In this document: in pieces, positions 28,633 to 37,639 of the stretch
Layout of the letters: each line of letters starts with the position of its first letter
How positions within the stretch are numbered: position 1 is the first letter of the stretch
Origin: Methanocella sp.
GTDB lineage: Archaea > Halobacteriota > Methanocellia > Methanocellales > Methanocellaceae
NCBI GenBank assembly: GCA_035319305.1
Contig: DATHCY010000249.1
Location: 1 to 44,206 of the forward strand
Length of the DNA stretch: 44,206 nucleotides
Direction of reading: 5' to 3'
The notes under the pieces: generated by a model
The model's database searches: none
Told to the model about the DNA's origin: nothing
What the model saw: only the letters and a program-made list of their open reading frames with translations
Translations under genes and position numbers: made by a program

Positions 28633-29745
28633 ATGAGAATGGATGATAAAAGAATGTTGGTGGCGCTGGTGTTGTTTCTGTCATTAATCGTGGGACTGGC
28701 TGTCCCGGTCCTAGCGCAAACTTCGGGCCAGAAGACAATGATGGAAAATCTAGTGGGCAACCAGGATCTATCTACGATGACCGCCATGGCAAAGTCAACC
28801 GGCATGGACCGGTTGTTGAGCGGATCGACGCCATATACGCTGTTTGCTCCGAATAATGGCGCGTTCAGCTCGGTGCCGAAGGATTCTATCACAGCTTTGC
28901 TAGGCGATAAGACCATGCTGAGCGATCTGCTTGGATACCATGTTGTGCCTGGAAAAGTGACGTACTCCGAACTCGGAAAAATGACCGAGCTAAAGACAAT
29001 AACCGGTAAAACACTGCCGGTTAGCAAGCAGGGCGGGGATATAATGGTCGGAGGAGCGAAGGTGATGAGCCAGGGCACTGATAGCAGTAATGGCATCATA
29101 TACCAGGTAGATAGGGTCACTGCTCCGCCGGGATTTGCGATGCCTGGGATGGCAGCACCTCAGGCGGCGGTACCACAACAACAGCAGCAGCAGGTTTCCA
29201 GGTCTGTAGGGATCCCCTGGGGATGGCTGGGTCTGATCGGGGCCGTCATCGCGGGAGCGCTGGCGTTATACTTGTTAACGCACCGGGGAAAGAAACATGA
29301 GGAGACCCCCGCTCGCTACGAGCAGATCAAATCCAGGGCTAAGGAGACTGCGAAGACCCCTGAAGAGACGATGCGAGATGTCAGAGAATCGACCGCTGCG
29401 TACAAGGAACCGCAGATTGCTGACATTGCTAAGAATGTTGATCTGCCGTTGTCGGGCGCCGCCGCGACTGGCATGGGCATGCTCCTGAGCAAAGGCACGT
29501 TTAAGGATAAGCCGGATTTCGTCAGCTTCCTTGCCAAGACATTCACGCAAAATAATATGGGCGCGGCGATGGCCGGGGGAAAGGAGCCTGGCGTCTCCAC
29601 GGTCATGGATATCATTGGCAAAACGGGGATCGCTAAAGGCTTCTCTGATGGTGACACTAAGCAGTTCCTAGTGCCGCTGCTGATGGCAGGGTTTATGGCC
29701 GTATACAAATACCTCAATAAAAAGCCCGCGGCGCAGATCACGTAA
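28633..29745 (+). CDS. Fasciclin (FAS1) domain membrane protein
   Basis: Signal peptide, YTLFAPNNGAF, LGYHVVPG, NGIIYQVDRV, TM segment and cytoplasmic C-terminal region. Confidence 0.88.
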   Translation: MRMDDKRMLVALVLFLSLIVGLAVPVLAQTSGQKTMMENLVGNQDLSTMTAMAKSTGMDRLLSGSTPYTLFAPNNGAFSSVPKDSITALLGDKTMLSDLLGYHVVPGKVTYSELGKMTELKTITGKTLPVSKQGGDIMVGGAKVMSQGTDSSNGIIYQVDRVTAPPGFAMPGMAAPQAAVPQQQQQQVSRSVGIPWGWLGLIGAVIAGALALYLLTHRGKKHEETPARYEQIKSRAKETAKTPEETMRDVRESTAAYKEPQIADIAKNVDLPLSGAAATGMGMLLSKGTFKDKPDFVSFLAKTFTQNNMGAAMAGGKEPGVSTVMDIIGKTGIAKGFSDGDTKQFLVPLLMAGFMAVYKYLNKKPAAQIT

Positions 29746-29774
29746 AAATAGAAATATTTTCAATTTTTTTTTTG
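29746..29774. terminator. A/T tracts between convergent genes (probable bidirectional terminator)
   Basis: AAAATAGAAATATTTTCAATTTTTTTTTTG. Confidence 0.55.
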
Positions 29775-30998
29775 CTAACGTCCATATTTAGCGTGGGCCC
29801 GGGCTAGATCCTGGGAAGCCAGCGCGCCTAGCAGCGACAGCTCGCCTGCCAGTGATGCCGACGCGACGATCTCTGCCAGTTTTCGGGCGTTCGCTCCGGG
29901 AGGATCGCCCCCGCCTCTGACGCCCAATATGGATAGACACTCTGCCTGGGTGCAGATACCGGTTCCTCCGCCGATGGTGCCCAACGGGAGAGACGGCATT
30001 GACACCGAGAACTGCAGGTCGCCGTTCTCCGTCAGCTCCGCTGAGGTGATCGCGTTGCTACCCTCGACTACGTGGGCCGGGTCTTGGCCGCATGCGATGA
30101 ACATGGCGGCGACCACGTTGGCCACGTGGGAGTTGAAGCCGAACGATACGGCCCGGGCGGAGCCCAGGAAATTTTTCCTGTAGTGTACGTCGCACATTCG
30201 TTCCGGCGTAGCCTTAAGCCTGGAGGCGACGATGTCTCCAGGGATGGTGATCTCGGCGACCACGGTCCTGCCTCTGCCCTCAGTGACGTTGATGGCGGCG
30301 GGCTTTTTGTCGGTGCACATATTGCTCGATACGGTCACGTGTCTGGTACCGAATTTCTTCTCGAGATGCTGCATGATCGCCTCGCTGGCGATGGTGACCA
30401 TATTCATGCCCATTGCGTCCTTAGTGTCATAGGCGAAGCGCAGGAAGATATTCTTGCCAACCACGTACGGGTCGACCCGGATCAGGCTGCCGTGCTTTGT
30501 TGTGGTGGCGACAATGGACTGAAGCTCGACCATAAACTCAGGCTTCTTTAGAGTTTCAATGATCTCCTTCGCCTGCCCAAGACTGGAGATGGTCATTACA
30601 GGGGCGCGGGTCATCTCGTCCTGGAAGATCATGGTGTTGACCCCGCCGCTGTTGGAACACACCGAGCAGCCCCGGTTGACGCTAGCGATCAGCGCCCCTT
30701 CGGTCGTAGCCAGCGGTATATAGAAGTCGCCTCTGGCGTATTCGCCATTGACTTTAAGCGGGCCCGCGATGCCTACGGGCACCTGAACCGCTCCGATGGC
30801 ATTCTCGATGTTCTTCTTTGTGACCGTATCGGCATCATATGTATAAATGCCGACGTTGTCGAGTCGGACTCCAGCGAGGGCTTCGATCGCGGCCCTGCGG
30901 GCTTCGACCGCTTCCCTCCTGCATGATGCGACTTCTTCCACCTGATAGAATTTCAGCTCACTGTTGATGAGCTTTCTGACGATCTCTTCCCTGTCCAT
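29775..30998 (-). CDS. hmgA: Hydroxymethylglutaryl-CoA reductase (class I, NADPH)
   Basis: NIENAIG, PLATTEGALIASVNRG, DAMGMNM, DKKP, GTIGGGT and GELSL; AGGAGG RBS. Confidence 0.95.
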   Translation of the reverse strand: MDREEIVRKLINSELKFYQVEEVASCRREAVEARRAAIEALAGVRLDNVGIYTYDADTVTKKNIENAIGAVQVPVGIAGPLKVNGEYARGDFYIPLATTEGALIASVNRGCSVCSNSGGVNTMIFQDEMTRAPVMTISSLGQAKEIIETLKKPEFMVELQSIVATTTKHGSLIRVDPYVVGKNIFLRFAYDTKDAMGMNMVTIASEAIMQHLEKKFGTRHVTVSSNMCTDKKPAAINVTEGRGRTVVAEITIPGDIVASRLKATPERMCDVHYRKNFLGSARAVSFGFNSHVANVVAAMFIACGQDPAHVVEGSNAITSAELTENGDLQFSVSMPSLPLGTIGGGTGICTQAECLSILGVRGGGDPPGANARKLAEIVASASLAGELSLLGALASQDLARAHAKYGR

Positions 30999-31015
30999 TG
31001 TAACCCTCCTATCGA

Positions 31016-31486
31016 TCAAAGCAGGTGATCCGCGATGTCTTGGTCGATTACAAACTCGCAGTATGAGCAGCGCAACTGCACCTCTTCGCCGGCGGGCTCC
31101 ACCATGAACCGGGAGGCTACCGGCTCGTTAGTATTGGAGATGCAGTTCGGATTGCCACACCGCACGATACCGGACACCTCTTTAGGCAGGACCACCCGGT
31201 GCTTGCCCACAACCTCGTAGTTGCGGATGATATTGATGGTCGCCTTCGGGGCGATAAGGGCGATGCTGTCCAGTTCCTCCGGGTCCAGTTCTCGGTTCTC
31301 GATCTTGACCACATCCTTCCCTTTCATCTCCCCGCTGGGCACATTCATGAGCACGCTCACCACGTACTTTGAGCGAGAACTGATCCCGAGGATTTTCAGC
31401 ACGTTGAGGGCCTGCCCTCCTGAAATATGGTCGATCACTGTACCGTTGACGATCGGCTTGACCCTCAATTCCCTTTTCTCCGTCAT
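31016..31486 (-). CDS. pyrI: Aspartate carbamoyltransferase regulatory subunit
   Basis: [24 protein letters not shown] and CSYCE. Confidence 0.96.
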   Translation of the reverse strand: MTEKRELRVKPIVNGTVIDHISGGQALNVLKILGISSRSKYVVSVLMNVPSGEMKGKDVVKIENRELDPEELDSIALIAPKATINIIRNYEVVGKHRVVLPKEVSGIVRCGNPNCISNTNEPVASRFMVEPAGEEVQLRCSYCEFVIDQDIADHLL

Positions 31487-32409
31487 ACCTCCACCCCCAT
31501 CAGTAGCGAGAGAACCGCCATACGCACCGGCACCCCGTAGAACGACTGCTGGAAGTACCGGGCGTGCTTCGACGCGTCCACCTCTGGCGCAATTTCGTCC
31601 ACCCTGGGAAGCGGGTGCATAATAATCAGATCGTCTTTGACCCCCTCCAGCCCCTTCATAGTGATACTGTAGCTTCCTGCCACCTTCTGGTATTCGGCCG
31701 GGTCCGGAAACCGCTCTTTCTGGATACGGGTCATGTAGAGCACGTCGGCCTTGCTGAGCGCGTCGGCCAGGACCGATGTCTCGACGATGTCGATACCTTT
31801 ACGCTTCATGTAGTTTATGATACTCGCCGGCATTTTCAGCCCCTCAGGCGATACGAAAGAGAGTTGGGCATCGTAGAGGGATAGCGCATATGCGAGCGAG
31901 TGCACGGTCCTCCCGTACTTCAGATCTCCCACGATGGCCACGTTGAGGTCGGAGATGGGCTTTTTACACTCTTTGCGCATTGTATAGAGATCGAGGAGGG
32001 TCTGTGTAGGGTGATGGCCCGCCCCGTCGCCTGCGTTGATCACCGGCACCCGCGAAATTTCCGACGCCATGCGAGCGGCGCCCTCCTTCGAGTGCCGTAG
32101 CACAATCGCATCGGCGTAGGATTCGATGATGCGGATCGTGTCCGCCAGCGTCTCGCCTTTGACGGTCGATGATGAGGAGGCGGAGTCGAAGCCGACGGTA
32201 GTACCGCCCATGCGCTTGACGGCGGTATCAAAGGAAAGCCGGGTTCTGGTCGAAGGCTCGTAGAACAGTGTGGCGACGATGCGGCCGTCCAGCAGGCGGC
32301 TGCCGCTGCGGGCATTTGGCTCCAGCCTCTCTGCCCTGTTCAGTATGAAGTCCAGCTCATCCCGGGAAAAGTCCTTGGTCGAGATGATGTGCTTCCTCGT
32401 GAAATTCAT
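31483..32409 (-). CDS. pyrB: Aspartate carbamoyltransferase catalytic subunit
   Basis: [36 protein letters not shown] and MHPLPR. Confidence 0.97.
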   Translation of the reverse strand: MNFTRKHIISTKDFSRDELDFILNRAERLEPNARSGSRLLDGRIVATLFYEPSTRTRLSFDTAVKRMGGTTVGFDSASSSSTVKGETLADTIRIIESYADAIVLRHSKEGAARMASEISRVPVINAGDGAGHHPTQTLLDLYTMRKECKKPISDLNVAIVGDLKYGRTVHSLAYALSLYDAQLSFVSPEGLKMPASIINYMKRKGIDIVETSVLADALSKADVLYMTRIQKERFPDPAEYQKVAGSYSITMKGLEGVKDDLIIMHPLPRVDEIAPEVDASKHARYFQQSFYGVPVRMAVLSLLMGVEV

Positions 32410-32510
32410 CGTTGTTATTTAGTCCATGTTACATAAAACGTTTACCCATCCCGTTTTAGAGGGGGCAGCCGGGATGCAATAAGCCTATTGAGACAGACAG
32501 AGTGTAGATA

Positions 32511-33923
32511 TCAGCCCCAAAACACGCTGATATTTTCCACGACGCCAGGAGGCGTGTAAGTGATCCATCGATACTCTTCGGCATTGACCAGCGAGTCGTG
32601 CTGAGCCTGCAGATCTGCTCCTCTGCTCTTTAGCTGTTGCCTCCATCCGTCCAGCCTATTCCATGTAGCCGAGTACTGATCGTACGTGTCATCCAGACGG
32701 TTGCTCCATGATTGCAGATCGGCCAGATTAGACGGGGCGGGGGGTGCGTTCGGGCTATTTTGAAGGACCGCCTGGTTATGGAGGTCCATCTGGCGGTTAT
32801 ACTCAGCGATGGCGGCGCTGTACCGATCGAAGTCGGCATTGTACGCGGCGTAGAAGCGGTTGTTGTCGGCCGTCTGGTTATCGTAGTCGTCTACCTCGGC
32901 ATTGTACAGCGAAATATTGGTCGAGTACTCCTTCCATCGCTCCGTATAGGCGTCCATCTTTGCTTTCCGGTCCAGATAGAATCCATAGTCCAGGTTGCCA
33001 TTGGCTTGCGACACCGGAAATTCGCCCAGCTCCATGCCCTTCTCCAGGTATACCACGTTATCTGTGGCCGTGAAACCGGTGGTCTTTACGGACTTGTTGA
33101 CTCCTGTGCTGTCAATGTAGACCAGGCCATGGTCAGTGGTGGGAAACACGTTGAATGCGTGGCCTTCGCTTTTACCCTCGAATGAGATGCTGACCACGCC
33201 GTTCTCGATGCCTTGCGCCTCCGCAGCATCGTGCAATGTGGCGGCAAAATCCAGGCAGGTGTAAACCGGCGAGTCGTAAGTGCGGTTCACGGTCGTATCG
33301 TTCGAGAGGAAGCGCTCCAACTCTGCATAGGAGATGGGCCGTACATCCCGATACTCAGAAATTTCAGGATGCGCCCCGCTGGCGTTCAAGGATGGCAGCG
33401 TCTCGTGCCAGACTGTCCTCAGGAACTGCACCTGGGAAAAATCCAGTCCGTTGTAGTCAGCCGCCGACACGTTCATCGCGGTGGGATCGATCAAAACCGT
33501 GCCGCCATCAGTGGTATGGAAGGCGACCACCGCGTGGCCCGCGATCCCGGCCGGAGATATCTGGGTGCCGACCACGCTACAGTTGATCTGGCCGCGCTCG
33601 GCAGCATCGTGGAGCAGCACGGCATATTCGACCGGCCGATAAGAGGTATCGTTAAAGATCGCAGCCTCAAGGGCGGGGGATTCGGAAGCCAGGAAGACTG
33701 ACAGGTTTTCGCCGCTGACGTCGGTGGCGTTACGATAGCTGGTAACCACATCATACTGGCCGGTGCTATTTTTGAACGATAGCTTCTCGGACCATACCGG
33801 CGGGGACAGGAGTTGATAGGCTCCTATGCCGACGATAAGGAGCATTATTGCTATGACACCGATGGCAACAATTGTGATGACACCGATGGCAGAGAGAATG
33901 ATAAGGCGTTTCCTAACAGACAT
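32511..33923 (-). CDS. Membrane-anchored protein with two papain/transglutaminase-like repeats and a coiled coil
   Basis: N-terminal TM. Repeat 2 has YTCLDFA..GHAFNVF..VYID; repeat 1 has YRPVEYA..GHAVVAF..VLID. Tyr/Asn-rich coiled coil follows. Confidence 0.75.
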   Translation of the reverse strand: MSVRKRLIILSAIGVITIVAIGVIAIMLLIVGIGAYQLLSPPVWSEKLSFKNSTGQYDVVTSYRNATDVSGENLSVFLASESPALEAAIFNDTSYRPVEYAVLLHDAAERGQINCSVVGTQISPAGIAGHAVVAFHTTDGGTVLIDPTAMNVSAADYNGLDFSQVQFLRTVWHETLPSLNASGAHPEISEYRDVRPISYAELERFLSNDTTVNRTYDSPVYTCLDFAATLHDAAEAQGIENGVVSISFEGKSEGHAFNVFPTTDHGLVYIDSTGVNKSVKTTGFTATDNVVYLEKGMELGEFPVSQANGNLDYGFYLDRKAKMDAYTERWKEYSTNISLYNAEVDDYDNQTADNNRFYAAYNADFDRYSAAIAEYNRQMDLHNQAVLQNSPNAPPAPSNLADLQSWSNRLDDTYDQYSATWNRLDGWRQQLKSRGADLQAQHDSLVNAEEYRWITYTPPGVVENISVFWG

Positions 33924-34033
33924 AGGTGACGGCTATATGATATTACGATGAACCTATATCAACTAGTCTATCTAGCTATAATATACCAATTATTAATATA
34001 ACAATGATTAATATACTAATGCTATGAGACTTG

Positions 34034-34260
34034 ATGACATACTCCTACAGCTAAAGCTTTCAGGGCTCTACGGTTGGTTGTATCAAACCATTGACGCTTA
34101 GTGTCAACGTTACCTCTGCCTATTTCTGCCTATAATTGATAATACCATGTGGCATGAGAACACGATGGATACCGTAACACCCCAGCGCCATCAACGTGCT
34201 GCAGCAACCCAGAAATTCCGGTGGTACAAGTCCCCCCATTGGCATAAGCCAAACGGACGC
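34034..34260 (-). mobile_element. Decayed tnpB 3' end/right end of a third IS605 family
   Basis: Minus strand ends ...AAAGCTTTAGCTGTAGGAGTATGTCAT, like the common GCTTTAGCCGTGGGAGTATGTCA right end. Upstream HVDGAGVLR resembles ADVNGAxNILR. Confidence 0.5.
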
Positions 34261-34310
34261 AAATACAAAGACTTGGTGTAATATCAATGGTATTTAGAGT
34301 TAAGTGGTTA

Positions 34311-34429
34311 TAGTTAACGAACACGGAGCAAGAGAAAACCGGTTTCTTTAGCGCTGCATTGAATCTAGTCCCTTGGCTAGTCAAGTATTTAGCATTTAAC
34401 CGCCCTATGCCGTCAGGTTACAACGACGT
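34311..34429 (+). mobile_element. IS200/IS605 left-end remnant homologous to 38196-38075 (minus)
   Basis: Shared blocks TAACGAAC, AGAGAAAACC, TTGAA, TAGTCA, ATTTA and CAGGTTAC(A/G)ACGACG occur in the same order. Confidence 0.6.
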
Positions 34430-34785
34430 GTCAATTACCAACGACTAAAGTCGTTGGCTTGCGATTCAACTTCCCTTCGTTAGAAGGGCAGACCACAATA
34501 GACGTGTTGACGAGCGCCCTTGCCAAAATGTTCTTGGCTGTAATAATCGGCGAGTTCTGTATGGCCGCATTTCAGGCAAACAAATTCTGCCCGGGTCTCG
34601 CGGTTGTTCTTGTCCGTGTAACCACAGACGGAGCATTCTCTACTTGTATTCTTCGGGTTAACAAAGGTTACAAGAACACCAGCTATCTTAGCCTTGTACT
34701 CTATGAATTGTCTTAGCTGGTCGAACGCCCATTTACCGAAACGTCCACGCTGCTCAGTCTAACCGTTGTCCGAGAGCGAATATTC
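34430..34785 (-). mobile_element. Truncated copy of the family A tnpB element (3' end + omegaRNA region)
   Basis: Collinear with 27168-27510, including GTCAATTACCAACGACT(A/T)(A/T)AGTCGTTGGCTTGCGATTCAACTTCCCTTC and TGGTCGAACGCCCATTTACCGAAACGTCCACGCTGCT; ends at a GTGAA. Confidence 0.88.
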
Positions 34786-34850
34786 GTGAAAGCATCTTTT
34801 AAGACCAATATATAGGAACCGCATACGAGATTATGGTCGATCTGTCCGAC

Positions 34851-34935
34851 AACCTAAAAGTGATTGATAACCTAAAAGTGGTAACCTCTAAAAGAAGGGA
34901 TTAACCACTATAACCTAAAAGGAAGGATTAACTGC
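34851..34935. repeat. Short imperfect direct repeats AACCT(CT)AAAAG x4
   Basis: Copies at 34851, 34869, 34883 and 34912; the last two are followed by ...GGATTAAC. Confidence 0.7.
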
Positions 34936-35002
34936 TGCTAGGGCTTGAGTAGGTAGCGAAGTTGTTAAAAAACGAAGGGTAAGGTCGGGTCCGGTAATAT
35001 TT

Positions 35003-36058
35003 TTATTGTGCTTCGGCTTGGGTAGGCGCTTTTTCCGTGGTTTCCTCGGCGAGGAAACCCTGTTCGGTCTTTTTCAGTTGGAGTTTGATGTTGCATCGTG
35101 GGCACACGGTAATACAGTCGTTCCATGTATTCGTCGTCACCGGGGTTTCCAACCCGCAGGCAGGACAGAAGTACTCGAAGCCTTTGACTTCGCTGATCTC
35201 GACCGGGATTGGGCCCTGGGCCATCATGACGATCATATGGTTGTCCGCTGCCAGTAGGGCATACGCTGATCCGGTCGGGATATGGATCGCCTCGTTCTCC
35301 TTGACCGACTGCTCGTCGTCTTCAACGAAGGCGATCCCCTGGCCTCGCACGATGTACAGCATCGTGTCGCTGCTGACATTCCGCTGCATGGGCATCGACT
35401 GCCAGGGCTCGAAGTTAATGATGGTCATATCTATCTGGGGCTGCTCGTGGGGCTGCTCGGAGGATGTCTGAGGATCGGTAAACGTCGGTTCGCTTGATGA
35501 TCCTGACTCGAATGATGCTATTCCTGACTCTGGCAGTGTCCCCGAATCCTGCGTTGTTTCTCGAGTTGTCCCTTCCGTGGTCTTCTCGGCCAGAAATCTT
35601 TCCGGGCCCTTTGTCAGTTTCACCATCGTTTCGCACCTCGGGCACATGTTGATCTCTCCATTAGTTGTGTCCGTAGTAAGCGGCGCCTCTAGACCGCATT
35701 CGGGGCACTGAAACTGCACGCCGGGGATCTGTTCGATTATCGGGGAAGGCCCATGAATTGCCACAACTGTCAGGTCGTTCTCGTCCGCTAGGATGCCGTA
35801 AGAGGAGAGTTTCGGCACGTAAACAGCTTCCTTTGGTCCGACCAACATAACGCCGTCCCTTAAGAGCGCATAGGCGTTCCCGTCGACGAAGTACAGGATC
35901 GTGTCGCTGCTGGCATTCCGTTGCATGTGCATCGACTGCCAGGGCTCGAAGTTAATGAACCTGAGGATGATTTTACTCCCGCCCGAAGAAGGAGTTTCGC
36001 TGACGCAGTGGCGATCAGAGAACTCTTTCCCTTTCCGAGAGGCCTTTATAATCTCCAC
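35003..36058 (-). CDS. Tandem (cupin-like + Zn-ribbon) x2 protein
   Basis: INFEPWQSM.MQRN.SSDT.LY.V.G occurs twice, each followed by CP.CGLE.P.TT...CPRC. Confidence 0.8.
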   Translation of the reverse strand: MEIIKASRKGKEFSDRHCVSETPSSGGSKIILRFINFEPWQSMHMQRNASSDTILYFVDGNAYALLRDGVMLVGPKEAVYVPKLSSYGILADENDLTVVAIHGPSPIIEQIPGVQFQCPECGLEAPLTTDTTNGEINMCPRCETMVKLTKGPERFLAEKTTEGTTRETTQDSGTLPESGIASFESGSSSEPTFTDPQTSSEQPHEQPQIDMTIINFEPWQSMPMQRNVSSDTMLYIVRGQGIAFVEDDEQSVKENEAIHIPTGSAYALLAADNHMIVMMAQGPIPVEISEVKGFEYFCPACGLETPVTTNTWNDCITVCPRCNIKLQLKKTEQGFLAEETTEKAPTQAEAQ

Positions 36059-36287
36059 TCAATCACCAAGAGTATGACTATAATGGTGGATTTATAATAT
36101 TTACGGAAGGTATAAACGGCGTGCATTGGCAATGTATAATAGATATCGCCAGGATGTTACGGACGGTGTTCGAACGTTGAATACCCGTAAACTCAGACAT
36201 TTTCTGCTGCAATGATTTTCCGCTGCGATGCAAAAAAAAATATTTGCGGGCCGACCCAGATAAGAGCTGAGTCGGTGACAGTCCATT

Positions 36288-37553
36288 TTATCGTTGTCTA
36301 CGCCGGTAGCGGGCAATGCCCGCGCCCGAAAGCAGGGCCGCGAATAGTCCCAGGATCGGGAGGTCGGGCGACTGTTGTTTGGTAGATGGGAGGGGGACGG
36401 GGGTGGACGTTGGGGATGCCGCTGGTGTAGCTGTCCCATTAGTTTCGACTGTTTGAGTATTTGGCGTTGAATTAGGGGTCGACATAACCAGCGTCTTCGG
36501 CAGGGTCAGCGAATTAACCACTCCGTGCAGGGTGATGAAATACAGGTGTCCGTTGCCGACAACGGGCGTTGCATCCACCTCATCGCTGGCATTATACTTC
36601 CAATAGAGCATGCCTAGCTTGGCATCGACCGCGTATACGTTGCCATCGCTGGAACCGATATACAGGACGCCGCTGGCAAACCCGGGGGTTCCGCTGACCG
36701 CGGCGCCGGCCGGGAACTTCCACAACAGCGCACCGGTCGTCTCATTCAGCGCGTATACGTTGCCATCGTCGGAGCCCACAAAGACCGTCCCCAACTGGAC
36801 CAGGGGCTTGGAGTGGATCGCTCCCCCAGTCTGGGACTTCCAATGCTCAACGCCGGTGGAGATGCTAACAGCGTGCACATAGCCATCCTGGGTTCCAACA
36901 TAGAGATAGTCACCATCGATCACCGGTGCATTGACCCGGCTACCCAGATTCGTCTTCCAGTTCTGCTTGCCCGTATAGATGGCAACGCTGTATAGGTTAC
37001 CATCCTGGGAGCCGAAGAAGATATTATTATCCCGGGCTTCGATACCATCACTGATCCAGCCGCCGGCGGTGAAATTCCACTGCGCCTTGCCCTCATCGGC
37101 CGTCAGCGCGTAGACTTTACCGCTGTCCGTGCCAAAGAATAGGACGCCGTTATAGATAGTCGGCGTACTATCGATTGCAGAGTCGGCCTGATACCGCCAC
37201 AATTCGTTGTGGTTAAGGCTGTCAACGGCATACATCGTGCCGCTATCATCGCCGAAATAGATCACATGGTTGCTGAGTATCGGCGACTCTTTGATAGGCG
37301 ACGAGGTGGTATTATTGGGAAAAGTCCACTGTTTAGTACCATAAAGCGTGAAAATAGCGTACACCTTCCCGTCCTGAGCCCCCAGATAGAGCATGTTAGC
37401 CTGATACACTGGCGACGCCGAGACAAACGTGTTCGTAGCATAAGTCCAGTCCAGAGATGGTTCTTCAGCCAGACACACCTGAACAGACAACGTTACAGCG
37501 ATGAAAGATACAAATAAAAATACAAGTAAAATTATCCTCATATACCTCAACAT
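36288..37553 (-). CDS. PQQ/BamB-like beta-propeller surface protein
   Basis: Signal peptide, repeated GS.DG.VYA....G...W blades, Thr/Pro linker, C-terminal TM and RRRQR tail. Confidence 0.88.
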   Translation of the reverse strand: MLRYMRIILLVFLFVSFIAVTLSVQVCLAEEPSLDWTYATNTFVSASPVYQANMLYLGAQDGKVYAIFTLYGTKQWTFPNNTTSSPIKESPILSNHVIYFGDDSGTMYAVDSLNHNELWRYQADSAIDSTPTIYNGVLFFGTDSGKVYALTADEGKAQWNFTAGGWISDGIEARDNNIFFGSQDGNLYSVAIYTGKQNWKTNLGSRVNAPVIDGDYLYVGTQDGYVHAVSISTGVEHWKSQTGGAIHSKPLVQLGTVFVGSDDGNVYALNETTGALLWKFPAGAAVSGTPGFASGVLYIGSSDGNVYAVDAKLGMLYWKYNASDEVDATPVVGNGHLYFITLHGVVNSLTLPKTLVMSTPNSTPNTQTVETNGTATPAASPTSTPVPLPSTKQQSPDLPILGLFAALLSGAGIARYRRRQR

Positions 37554-37639
37554 GACATTACCGCCATATATTTTACCCTTTGAATATTAAACAAGTATAA
37601 ATCATATCGAGCGGTAGGATAATAAGCTTTGCGTCCCCC

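Noticed and set aside
34851-34935. Possible mini-CRISPR array
   Set aside because: Units are only 10-12 nt with irregular 4-17 nt gaps, and there are no cas genes.
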